DNA of 64,000 nucleotides from an uncultured Nitrososphaeraceae archaeon (GCA_963837175.1 CAWIMJ010000057.1:175842-239841); one strand, 5' to 3'; positions 30,938 to 40,720 are shown, counted from the stretch's first letter. Numbers and translations: made by a program. The notes: generated by a model not told the origin, from the letters alone.

Positions 30938-32341
30938 TTATCTACGTCCATGAATAGTCGATTTTTTGTTACTTAAATAGTCATTAAGAAGAACTTTGTC
31001 GATTACCGAAGGATTAATATAATAGGATCTTCCTTTAACATATTTTTCCATCTCATTAACGTACCCTAGCAAAGAGTCTTCTTCACTTACCATAATAGTA
31101 TCAATTTCTATCCCCAAACTATGGCATTTTTTTGCTTCGACTATTGTTCGTTCCCCTATATACTGATCGACCTGTCTGTAGCGATAACAAAGATATACAA
31201 GCTCTCCTGAGGACACATCTAGGCTTAGATCTTGATTATCTTTCACTGAATCAACAGTTTCTTTATCTGGTGAATAAAAATGAGAATATGGTCGTTGCGA
31301 CATTATCTTATCCTGTTCTTTTTTATCCTCAATAAAGCATGCACTAGGATGACCGTCAGTTATCAAAACTATTCGCTTATTCGAAGCACTATCTTTTTGC
31401 AATATTTTTTTTGCTAATCTAAAAGCTGCCTGATAATTTGTATAATGGAGAAAGTCAGAACCAGGCTCAAACGTTTGTAGATATGGAATATCTTGTGAAG
31501 CAACCCTTGAGGCCAGCGCGCCGAATCCAACTATATATACAGAATCCGAGGGAAAAAATTTTCTATTTAGAAGAAAAAGAGTCCAGAGCGCCTTTTTAGC
31601 AGCCTCAATTCTACTCATATCTCCAAACATAGAAGAGTATCTCATTGTGGAGCTTAGATCAATACAATACACCAATGCGATTCGCACATCTTGCATTGTT
31701 TCGTACTCTTCGAGGTCTTCTAACTTTAAATCCAGAGGAATTTTGATTTGAGCAGATGTTTTGGCCATCCGTTGCACCGTATTCAACAACGATCGGGGAA
31801 CATTGAGAAGCCTAATATCATTGCCAAGCTCGTATTTTCGCGTAGTATCTTTAAGGAGAGATCCGGTTCCCTGACTAGAAGTCTCATGTAATCCAAAATC
31901 ACCTGTCTTCAGAGCCTTCATAACGTCATTTAGAATTTTACCGCCAATGCTTATGAAGCCTTTTGAGCTAAGCCATTTCTGAGAATCTCTAAGATATCCT
32001 CTTTCTATTAGTTGAGTCACAATCGGCATTCCGAAGCCCTTGCGATCTTCATGATCTATTTCCCTGGTTTCTCTCTTTTTAACTGGCCGTTGCTTACTGT
32101 TAGAATGTTCAGCTTCCTTCGAGATAACCTCTTCCAAGATTTGTTCTAGTTGTTGCAAATTAGGAGTCCTTTCCCTGAGCGCTTCTCTACCAATGGCTTG
32201 AAATAGCTTTTCGAGTATTTCATTAGAGATATTTTGAGAATTCTGATCTTCACTTGTTCTATACTTCTGATCTTCAGTCTCTTCAGCAGGAAAATAAACA
32301 AATTCTTTTGTTCCTCTTCTACTGTTATTATATTGGTACAT
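30938..32341 (-). CDS. VWA-domain protein (partner of the ChlI-like ATPase)
   Basis: DLSSTM MIDAS, YTNYQ, LITDGHP; overlaps the upstream ATPase. Confidence 0.85.
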   Translation of the reverse strand: MYQYNNSRRGTKEFVYFPAEETEDQKYRTSEDQNSQNISNEILEKLFQAIGREALRERTPNLQQLEQILEEVISKEAEHSNSKQRPVKKRETREIDHEDRKGFGMPIVTQLIERGYLRDSQKWLSSKGFISIGGKILNDVMKALKTGDFGLHETSSQGTGSLLKDTTRKYELGNDIRLLNVPRSLLNTVQRMAKTSAQIKIPLDLKLEDLEEYETMQDVRIALVYCIDLSSTMRYSSMFGDMSRIEAAKKALWTLFLLNRKFFPSDSVYIVGFGALASRVASQDIPYLQTFEPGSDFLHYTNYQAAFRLAKKILQKDSASNKRIVLITDGHPSACFIEDKKEQDKIMSQRPYSHFYSPDKETVDSVKDNQDLSLDVSSGELVYLCYRYRQVDQYIGERTIVEAKKCHSLGIEIDTIMVSEEDSLLGYVNEMEKYVKGRSYYINPSVIDKVLLNDYLSNKKSTIHGRR

Positions 32342-33980
32342 AGCGATTATCCTTTTTATTTACCAGAGGAGGCTGAATCCATCTAAAGCCCTCAAGGATT
32401 ACCTCAGTAATCGAGGCTGTGAACTCGCCATCTAAGTCGTGCATATTGGTCAAGCTGTCAACGTTTATCCCGAGATCTTTTGCTTTATTCACAAACTCTT
32501 CTTGTTGTTCTTTCACAGTATCAATTTTATCGTTTATAATCTGTTTTAAGCTGGGAAATTTTGATAGTTGAGATTCATAATCTGTGGAAACAGATCCCTT
32601 TGCTCCCAGAATTACCTGAGAGACTAAAAACTCCTTATTCTTCGCAAACTCATTTTTTAATTTTGTTATTTGTTCTGGGGATAAATTTTGTACATATTCA
32701 AGACAAACGTCTTTAATAGCACTTTCAATGATTGAATTCAGTATTTGCATTCTATTGTGATGATTATCTTCCATCTCAGATAATTCAAATTTAGCTGATT
32801 GATGTATACTATGAATATCACAAAACCTTGGTATGGCTTTTACATAATGCAATATCGCTCTAGTTCGTTCGGCTTCACCAATCATGGCTTCCATAGAATG
32901 GACTGCCATTCGGACGCTTACGCCTTTATCATGATTGATGTCATGATGAGATCTAGCTAATTGTGTTATTTTACTAATCGTCCGTAGTATAAATATTGGA
33001 AGAAATACGTTTTTATTATCTGCGATTCTTACTTCCTGAGCTATAATAAGCATCTCGTCGGTAATGCTATTTGGATAATGTGTATATATATGACTTCTAA
33101 GCCTATCAAACAAAGGTTCTATGATCTTTCCTGAATGAGTATAATCTATCGGATTTGCAGTAGCAATTATTCTGGCATCAGGCCTGAATATGACGGTATA
33201 TGATCCCGTTGTAAATTTGCCCTCTTGTAGAACGCTCAGTAATGCTACTTGTTTTCGGGGATCAAGTACAGGAAGCTCATCAATACATAGAATGCCATGA
33301 CGTGCCTGCAGTAGTTGACCTGGAGAATATGATTCAATATCATACAATTCAACTCCTTTCTTAGCAATTTTGATTGCATCGATCTGTCCTACTAGGTCTT
33401 TTACAGAAATATCAGGAGTAGCCAAGACGTATCTAAATCTATCACTCCCTTCGATCCAATCTATTTTCGTATCTAATTTGTTATTGCTAATGATATTCTC
33501 GCACTCTTTAGAGACATTAAATTCAGGAGACGAACGAGCGATTTCAGAGTCACTAAGTAATGCGGTAAGCTGAGCTTCTGGTATAGAAGTAGGTATATCA
33601 TTTGTAATTGTTCCACGGACGACCGGGATTGGCGAAAGTAGATTCTTGGCAATTGATTCGGCGATCTTAGTCTTTGCTTGTCCTATCTGTCCAACAAAGA
33701 GCATATCATGTCCCGATAAAATCGACCTATTAACTGCTGGAATAACATCTTCTTCGTAACCAATAATGCCAGAATAAGGATGTTCTCCTTTTCTCAACCT
33801 TGTGATAAGATTACCACGCATCTGTTGTTCAACTGAACTATGTTTATAATTGATCTTTAGTAGATCCTCTAAAGTCTTCATTTCTTTATAGTCCTCAGGA
33901 AATCCTGGCATTAATTCAGTATATTTTGGCTTAGATGTATACGAATGATGTACAATATCTTCTATATTTTTAGAATTCAT
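32328..33980 (-). CDS. Magnesium-chelatase ChlI-like AAA+ ATPase
   Basis: Variant Walker A GQIGQAKT, LATPD.SVKDLVG, IDELP, ATANP, GVSVR. Confidence 0.85.
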   Translation of the reverse strand: MNSKNIEDIVHHSYTSKPKYTELMPGFPEDYKEMKTLEDLLKINYKHSSVEQQMRGNLITRLRKGEHPYSGIIGYEEDVIPAVNRSILSGHDMLFVGQIGQAKTKIAESIAKNLLSPIPVVRGTITNDIPTSIPEAQLTALLSDSEIARSSPEFNVSKECENIISNNKLDTKIDWIEGSDRFRYVLATPDISVKDLVGQIDAIKIAKKGVELYDIESYSPGQLLQARHGILCIDELPVLDPRKQVALLSVLQEGKFTTGSYTVIFRPDARIIATANPIDYTHSGKIIEPLFDRLRSHIYTHYPNSITDEMLIIAQEVRIADNKNVFLPIFILRTISKITQLARSHHDINHDKGVSVRMAVHSMEAMIGEAERTRAILHYVKAIPRFCDIHSIHQSAKFELSEMEDNHHNRMQILNSIIESAIKDVCLEYVQNLSPEQITKLKNEFAKNKEFLVSQVILGAKGSVSTDYESQLSKFPSLKQIINDKIDTVKEQQEEFVNKAKDLGINVDSLTNMHDLDGEFTASITEVILEGFRWIQPPLVNKKDNRYVPI

Positions 33981-34252
33981 GAATTATTAAGTTCGCTCGC
34001 GTGACAAATTTAAACATTCTCAATTGGCGTTGAAGTAGTGTACAACTTTATTATTCGTAGATAACAAAACTTATCTATCGCTAACAAGTTCTCTTCACTA
34101 ATTATAACACAACTAAAAATTCTTATGAGGACCTAAATTATATCTCAATTTTTAAATAAAAGCTTTAAATAAATATAGTTAGTTGAATGCGCCTATGGTC
34201 ATCTCGTAATATTATATGTAATACTATATTTTTTATGGCCCCGTTAAGTTAA

Positions 34253-34654
34253 GAAGTAAGTAATGCTGCAGCAGCAGAGCAAGAGCAGATAATTCGATCA
34301 TTCTTTGCAAAGACCATAAATGAAACATATAGCAAACACTATAGAAATTTGACAGCCTTTGAACAACAAAAAGAAGACCAGACCTTAAACAACAAGAAAC
34401 TTGAACATAGACTTCTTTTTTGCTGTGACAAAGAATTAATTCCATTTCTAAGGAAGAAAGATGGCAATATACTTATCATGCATAACATAGTAAAAGATAT
34501 GAAAGACCAAAGGATTCACAGTGCAGCTACTTTGACAGAAATTGCAAGGATACTGCAATGCGAAGTTAAACCCGCTAAAGTAGGTGATAAAACATATAGA
34601 CTAATAGCAATACCAATTCAAAATTTCATAGACTTTGTTCTACCTATGCTATAA
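34253..34654 (+). pseudogene. 5'-truncated gene fragment of unknown function
   Basis: Frame open from 34253 (EVSNAAAAEQEQIIRSFF...), 32 codons before the first usable start; begins at an IS6-like IR. Confidence 0.4.
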
Positions 34655-34763
34655 TAACTTATACTCTAGATTCTTACTAGCACAGTTACATCTTTTCAAA
34701 AATGGTTCCTTATTCTGCTACTCGAGTATAGTTTTTATTGCCGAATCTTGTTTATTTTTTTGA

Positions 34764-35353
34764 ATTGTCAGGCAGCAGAGTATAAACATATCCTTAGGAT
34801 TGCAGGGAAGGATATCGAGGGTAGCAAAAAAGTTATTGTTGCTCTCAGTAAAGTTAAGGGTATCGGTTATAATTTTGCTCATGTTTTACTTCAGTCATTG
34901 AATATTAACATGAATAGCAGAGTGGGTTTTCTAACAGATGGAGAATTAGCTGATATTGAAGCGGCTATAAGAGATCCTTCAAAATCGAGAATACCAGAAT
35001 GGTATTTGAATAGGAGAAAAGACATGGATACAGGTTCGCATAGACACTTGATTACATCGGATCTTGATTTTATGATTTCTAATGATATTGAGCGCGAGAA
35101 GGCTATTATGAGTTGGCGAGGATATAGACATATGTTTGGTCTAAGAGTTAGAGGGCAGTGTACTAGAACTACCGGAAGAAAAGGGGGCGCAGTGGGAGTA
35201 AAGAAAATTGGCAAACCTATGCCTTCAGCGGTTTCGAGCACTCCTAGCAAAGGTACTGATTCAGGAGCCGCGACTGTAACGGGCGAAGTTCCTAGTCCCA
35301 CCAAATCTGCAGCAGGACCGGAGAATGCAACTACAACACCTCCTAAGAAATGA
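34764..35353 (+). CDS. rps13: 30S ribosomal protein S13 (true start probably TTG-TCA at ~34765, shifted by an extra G)
   Basis: EYKHILRIAG, IPEWYLNRRKD, SWRGYRH..GLRVRGQCTRTTGR. Confidence 0.96.
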
Positions 35354-35365
35354 GGTAGATGAGAA

Positions 35366-35863
35366 ATGGGAGATCCTCGTAAACCTAAAAAGAAGTTTCA
35401 CAGACCGAGAAAGATTTGGACTACTGATCAACTTAGTTCCGAACTTTACATAGTGGGTTCCTACGGCTTACGCAATAAGCGGGAGTTGTGGCGGGCACAG
35501 ACTGAAGTTGCGAGACTCAGAAATCAAGCTCGTGCATTACTTGCTCTTCCCGCAGAGGTACGACAGGAAAAAGAGTCACAGTTGTTAAATTTCCTAAATA
35601 GGCAGGGACTTGTTAACGAGTCGGCTAGTCTTGATGATGTTTTGAACCTGAAGGTTGAAGATCTCCTCGATAGAAGACTTCAAACAATCGTTATGAAAAA
35701 GAATGGATCTAAATCGCCACATCAAGCACGGCAAATGGTTGTACACAAACATGTATCTATTGGCGACAGGTTTGTCAACATACCCGGTTATCTCGTAAGA
35801 AAAGAAGAAGAATCTCGGATCTTGTTGCATCTGGAAGTTGGCACTCCTTCACAACCACATTGA
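35366..35863 (+). CDS. rps4: 30S ribosomal protein S4
   Basis: MGDPRKPKKKF..P, YGLRNKRELW, RRLQT, ARQMVVHKH. Confidence 0.97.
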   Translation: MGDPRKPKKKFHRPRKIWTTDQLSSELYIVGSYGLRNKRELWRAQTEVARLRNQARALLALPAEVRQEKESQLLNFLNRQGLVNESASLDDVLNLKVEDLLDRRLQTIVMKKNGSKSPHQARQMVVHKHVSIGDRFVNIPGYLVRKEEESRILLHLEVGTPSQPH

Positions 35864-36338
35864 CGCAGATCGGTTACTATATCTAGTACTTTCTGAAAGT
35901 GAATCGAAGTTTGGGATACGATCGCTCTATGCTAACAGCAGAAGCGATATTACCAATATTTTCTTGATTGTAAAAGGTACGTCATGATAAAAGTCTTCAT
36001 TTGTTTTCACTAACTCTCTTCTCTGTGGGTAGATTATTGTACAGATTATGGTTATATTTGTTTGAGTTACAACTGTAATGGTATTAGGGCAATAATGAAC
36101 AGCTATCACTTACAGAATATATTACGTATAGATGTCATTATCTGAATTTAATATATTCCATTAAAGCACTCTCTAATTTAGATGAAGTAGTAAATCAAAG
36201 GAGTTGGATATGTCCGTTAAAGATGATTGGAGATCATGTGTGCATATTAGTAATAAAAGAATATTGAAAGTGTAATACTCTGTTTATAACCCCTCACACG
36301 GATCAGCCGGCTTATAATCAGAAAATAATCTCAAATAA

Positions 36339-36495
36339 TATCCTCCTCAAGCATGAAAGCTTCTCGCTATTATAGATTATTCTGATATTTTGCTTTCCTC
36401 CTATGAGGAAAGCATGATTGAAAGAACAACGCAATACATCAAATGGATAGAACCGAAAGTTTTAGATGACTATTTTCCTTTAAGAAAAGTGTAAA
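36339..36495 (+). mobile_element. Degraded IS6 transposase fragment (3' part)
   Basis: TCCTCCTATGAGGAAAGCATGATTGAAAGAACAACGCAATACATCAAATGGATAGAACCGAAAGTTTTAGATGACTATTTTCC aligns by eye to ~13300-13385 of the bounded IS. Confidence 0.8.
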
Positions 36496-37602
36496 ATACT
36501 GCTTTGTTGCGCAAATCCGATATTACTCAACCGTATTGAAAATTCTGACCAAAAGTGAGTACGTCAAATCTTATTTATACAGAGTAAAGCTGGAAACACT
36601 TACAATAGCGACTTTTCTGAATCATGCTACAAAGCATAATTCTCTTTAAATTCAAAAGAAGTGACATATAAAAAGTATATTTTTATTTATGGAGTAAAGT
36701 TGCGACCTTTCATCGCTTTCATTTGGAAAACGTAACCACGGAAGTATATTTGTGTCTTGTTTATACTCAAGTGAAATCATCAATAAAAAACGGAGAATAT
36801 GAAGTATGAAATGAATAATAAAATAATATATGGTTATGAAATATAGTGGAATATCAATAACCAAAAGAAGTGACTCTAATCTTAAGTCATCATACTCACC
36901 GTATTTCATTAATTAGAAGGAAAACATTTTGCTAGGAGAAATTTCTTTGAAGCATAGCTAAAATATATGGGAAATAATAATACAAGATTTTACAAATACA
37001 CACAAATGCACATAATTTCACTTAAAAAACAAAGAATACACATAGAGCGAGATAGATGGTGTAGTAGCTTTGCTATGCGTAAATTCTACTGAATACAAAA
37101 TATCATTTACATTTACCCTATGGTTTGAATGCGAAAACTCGGAACAGCATCATGCAGATAATATTGGAGTGGTGATAAAATTTAGCAAAATTAAAGCGAG
37201 TTATTTAGAAATGCCCCATAAGAGAGCTATAAATGTTTACAAATCATTTGTAAACATGCTTAATTAGGCTATTTTAGTCATCGCAATATCAAGTTATGGT
37301 ACATAGTTTACCAACTATGTACGTCAGAACATGTTACCAATGATATGAACCAGTTTCAAAAATATTACAATTCAAAGTGACATATCGATATTGTTTAATA
37401 CGTTTTAGAACATTAAGGGATTTTTTTATAAAAAGATTTCAATAGTAGTAGATGACACAACTACAAGAATATGACAAAAAAGAATGAGATGTGTGTGTTC
37501 TAGATAATAATGACATACAGTGAATTACTTACCTAAACAGGACACATATATTTATCTAACGTTGTCTAATTATATATATAAGGTATATATAGATATACAA
37601 CA

Positions 37603-37740
37603 ATGAAATTGAAAAAAACAATAGCAATTTGAATAATAAAAACGTATCATTAAATCAATCAACAGCAACTCATTGATTTCCTAAAGCTGAGGCTAGCCAA
37701 TGGTGATATAACCAATGAACAATTTCGCAAATTAGTGTAA
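37603..37740 (+). pseudogene. SHOCT-domain microprotein, disrupted
   Basis: LIDFLKLRLANGDITNEQFRKL in frame with ATG 37603 but with stops at 37630 and 37651; TATA-rich tract at 37570-37596. Confidence 0.5.
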
Positions 37741-38063
37741 TTTCCTTAAATCTAGCGATAGAGCATGGCTACGATCGAAATGCCAAGTGAGGGTTGAGTA
37801 GTAGTAGATTGCAACAATATAAAAAAAGTAATATGATAATTTTCACTTTAAGCTACGAACATTTATATCAGTTCTACCAGTATTAGAAATTAAAGTCCAA
37901 GGTTAATATCAATTGATAAACAACAAAACATATTAGAAATTGGTTTAATTTTTTGTTGGCTATCATAAGAAGGAAGTGATGGCTTAAGTAACCAGTGCGC
38001 TTGACACCTAGTTTTTCTTCATATATTTATACTATTCATAGAATGTAGAATGTATCTCTACAT

Positions 38064-38200
38064 AGTAGTATCTTTTTAATTTAATATTGAATGAAACCAT
38101 AAGTAAACATGGTACTGAATTAGTGGGACTATGGATTGAAATTAAACATAAAATTAAGAATCGGTCATCTCTATATTCATCATGTGAAAAAAGCATTATT
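38064..38200 (+). mobile_element. Highly degraded IS6 transposase fragment (IDET/WLWIAIE region)
   Basis: ATGAAACCATAAGTAAACATGGTACTGAATTAGTGGGACTATGGATTGAAATT resembles ~13065-13120 of the bounded IS. Confidence 0.55.
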
Positions 38201-38434
38201 GATTAACAATGCAATATGACAGAAATCAGAATATTTTGACAATGATTATCTATCATATGCGCAAAACAAACCTTTGACTAGAACATATGAAAAATTGGTT
38301 GAGATCATTTTTATAGAAATCTACATATAATAAACATATGAAATAATTATTATAAAAGTTTCTTAAAAGAAAACAGACAGATATGACAACACAAAAAATT
38401 AAATTGTTAAATCTATATTTGAATAGTATTGAAT

Positions 38435-38578
38435 TTGACGTTCTTTTGCAAGCGCGGAAGGCATATTGATTGTCCAGGTGAATGGCCAGTGGATGATAGC
38501 TGTGGATTTAACCATGACTGTTCATTTGACGTTAAGATGACAAAATGTCTCTGTGACTGTCATAAGTTCCCAGAATAG
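38435..38578 (+). CDS. Cys/His-rich microprotein 1 (47 aa; alternative TTG at 38429)
   Basis: MTFFCKRGRHIDCPGEWPVDDSCGFNHDCSFDVKMTKCLCDCHKFPE; TATA-like GTTAAAT ~26 bp upstream. Confidence 0.7.
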   Translation: MTFFCKRGRHIDCPGEWPVDDSCGFNHDCSFDVKMTKCLCDCHKFPE

Positions 38579-38648
38579 GCTTTAAATAAGAGCCAAAAGA
38601 ATACACAGACGCAAAAGGTTTAAAAATAATTTCTAGCTTGGTGTATCA

Positions 38649-38792
38649 ATGGAGTCATTTAATGCAAATAGATCTTGTTCTTTCTGCAATACTGTGATTA
38701 ATGATGATAGAAGCATATGTGATGAGTGTATGATAACATACAATATCAAAACAAGTGATCCTCATAATGACGGATGCGGCTGCAACACGTAG
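38649..38792 (+). CDS. Cys-rich microprotein 2 (47 aa)
   Basis: MESFNANRSCSFCNTVINDDRSICDECMITYNIKTSDPHNDGCGCNT; BRE-TATA GCAAAAGG-TTTAAAAA at 38611-38626. Confidence 0.72.
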   Translation: MESFNANRSCSFCNTVINDDRSICDECMITYNIKTSDPHNDGCGCNT

Positions 38793-39096
38793 TCAAACTA
38801 AGAACATTTCATTTTTTAATATCACACAATTTTTTTCTAGACTTGATCCTTAAATTCATTCAACGAAAAAATGTCGTAAATTTGTTCAACTTGTCTGTTG
38901 AGCATTCCAATAAAGAAGAGACCTTTTAATTTAACGCAACAAAAATTGTGCTCTTTAAGGCGAACGTTATTTGAGTTCCTATATACTGGATATTACTATT
39001 TTATGCACACTACGAAGGTAGGGTCAGATATTTGGTATAAACTAATCATTTTTCTATTAGGAAATCATACAGCCACCACATCATCATACCCTGAAT

Positions 39097-39627
39097 TTAG
39101 TCCATTCCTATTCTATCCATTAAATCTTTAGCCTTCTTCCGGACTTTCGAATTGATTTTTACTACAACCAAACCTTCAGAGGGTTGTCCATACAGCAGAA
39201 TAGATCCCTGTGGGACAATTAAGAAAAGTGGCAAGGCTAGTAAATCCTCTTCTCCTTCAACTATGATTCTTACATTGGAAGACATACTCAACGCATCTTC
39301 TAGCACATCAACTGCATTCTTTGAAATAGTTCCTGCTTGATTAGAACATTTGAATTCTTTGAATATGATCTTCTCTACTTGATCCCCCTTCGAGGATGAA
39401 TTATTGCTAGTAGCCCTTTTTATGCGTCTTTCTTTACCGTCAATAACTGAAACGTGTGGTATTATGTCGAAGGAAATTAAACGTTCAGTCGTAGCATCAC
39501 CTACAGATATTATTTTCTTAGCATTTTTTAATATTGCATCTAGTCTGCTTTTGGTGATGTTTTTATCAAGAATGAGATCTCCAAAAGGTTCTTTTAAAAT
39601 TCGGATACATTCAGGCGTGAGAGGCAT
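39097..39627 (-). CDS. GTP-dependent dephospho-CoA kinase (DUF359); likely start MPLTP at 39627
   Basis: LKEPFG, SVGDATT, VIDGKERR, GEEDLLALP, YGQP.EG. Confidence 0.9.
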   Translation of the reverse strand: MPLTPECIRILKEPFGDLILDKNITKSRLDAILKNAKKIISVGDATTERLISFDIIPHVSVIDGKERRIKRATSNNSSSKGDQVEKIIFKEFKCSNQAGTISKNAVDVLEDALSMSSNVRIIVEGEEDLLALPLFLIVPQGSILLYGQPSEGLVVVKINSKVRKKAKDLMDRIGMD

Positions 39628-40720
39628 TATGAGATTGCATTTGGTCAAATTCTGCTTCATTTTTTTCCTCTGCATTCATCTCTGTGGCAATTACACTTAT
39701 TCGTCCTGCCACTGTCTTGGCGACGTTGATAAATGCATGAGATTGCATAGAATCAGGTTCAGATATTGTAATAGGTTTTCCATGATCGCTGCCTTCCATG
39801 ATATGTGTATGAAGGGGGATTTCGCCAATAAAAGGTATATTGAATTGCTCGCTTACTCTCTGACCACCTCCCTTTCCAAATATGTGAATATGTTCGTTGC
39901 AATGAGGACACTGCAAGTAACTCATGTTTTCGATAACACCAACGATAGGAATATTTAATTTATTGAACATGCCAACGGCCTTGACGGCGACGTTCATTGC
40001 CACTTCTTGAGGAGTTGTTACAATCAATATGCCTGTAATTGGAATCGTTTGTGCCATTGTCAATGGAGCATCTCCAGTACCCGGTGGTAAGTCAATAATT
40101 AAATAGTCCAGATCTCCCCAATTTACATCTGTAAGAAATTGCTTGACTATCCCTGATACAATAGGCCCTCTGTAAATTCCTGCCTGCTGCGACTGCTCGT
40201 AGAAAAATCCCATGGATATTACTTTGACACCTGACATTATAGGTGGTTGGATTTTATTATTAATTACTTGCGGTGATTCCTTTAATCCTAACATTAATGG
40301 TACACTTGGGCCATATACATCAGCATCTAATAATCCTACCTTTGCACCGGTCTTCGATAATACAAGAGCCAAATTCACGGCTACAGTTGTCTTTCCTACT
40401 CCACCCTTTCCACTGGCTACTGCTAAAATATTCTTGACGCCAGGTAATAATTCGTCCATTGATATAGCGCGACCCTCCATTACGCGTGCTGTTACCTTTA
40501 AATTAAGATTCTCAATTCCTAAACTGGCTACTGCATTCCTAACATCCTGTTCTATATCGCTGTTAAATGGGCAAGCAGGAGTGGTTAGCTCAAGTGTGAA
40601 TGCAACCATACCATTATTTATTATAACGTCCTTTATCATACCCATAGATACGACGTCTTTATGCAGTTCTGGGTCTATAACCTTCTTTAAAGCACCAAAA
40701 ACTTGGTCGACCGTAACCAT
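39611..40720 (-). CDS. mrp: Mrp/ApbC (Nbp35) Fe-S cluster carrier ATPase
   Basis: LTTPACP, SGKGGVGKT, DLPPGTGD, ENMS..QCPHC. Confidence 0.95.
   Translation of the reverse strand: MVTVDQVFGALKKVIDPELHKDVVSMGMIKDVIINNGMVAFTLELTTPACPFNSDIEQDVRNAVASLGIENLNLKVTARVMEGRAISMDELLPGVKNILAVASGKGGVGKTTVAVNLALVLSKTGAKVGLLDADVYGPSVPLMLGLKESPQVINNKIQPPIMSGVKVISMGFFYEQSQQAGIYRGPIVSGIVKQFLTDVNWGDLDYLIIDLPPGTGDAPLTMAQTIPITGILIVTTPQEVAMNVAVKAVGMFNKLNIPIVGVIENMSYLQCPHCNEHIHIFGKGGGQRVSEQFNIPFIGEIPLHTHIMEGSDHGKPITISEPDSMQSHAFINVAKTVAGRISVIATEMNAEEKNEAEFDQMQSHNASHA

Noticed and set aside
32328-33980. Chlorophyll or cobalamin chelatase
   Set aside because: No ChlH/CobN subunit nearby; the GQAKT Walker A with a VWA partner fits the uncharacterised ChlI-like chaperone family better.
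35864-39096. CRISPR array or replication origin in the long intergenic region
   Set aside because: No regularly spaced repeats or ORB-like boxes seen, and no cas or cdc6 gene in the window.
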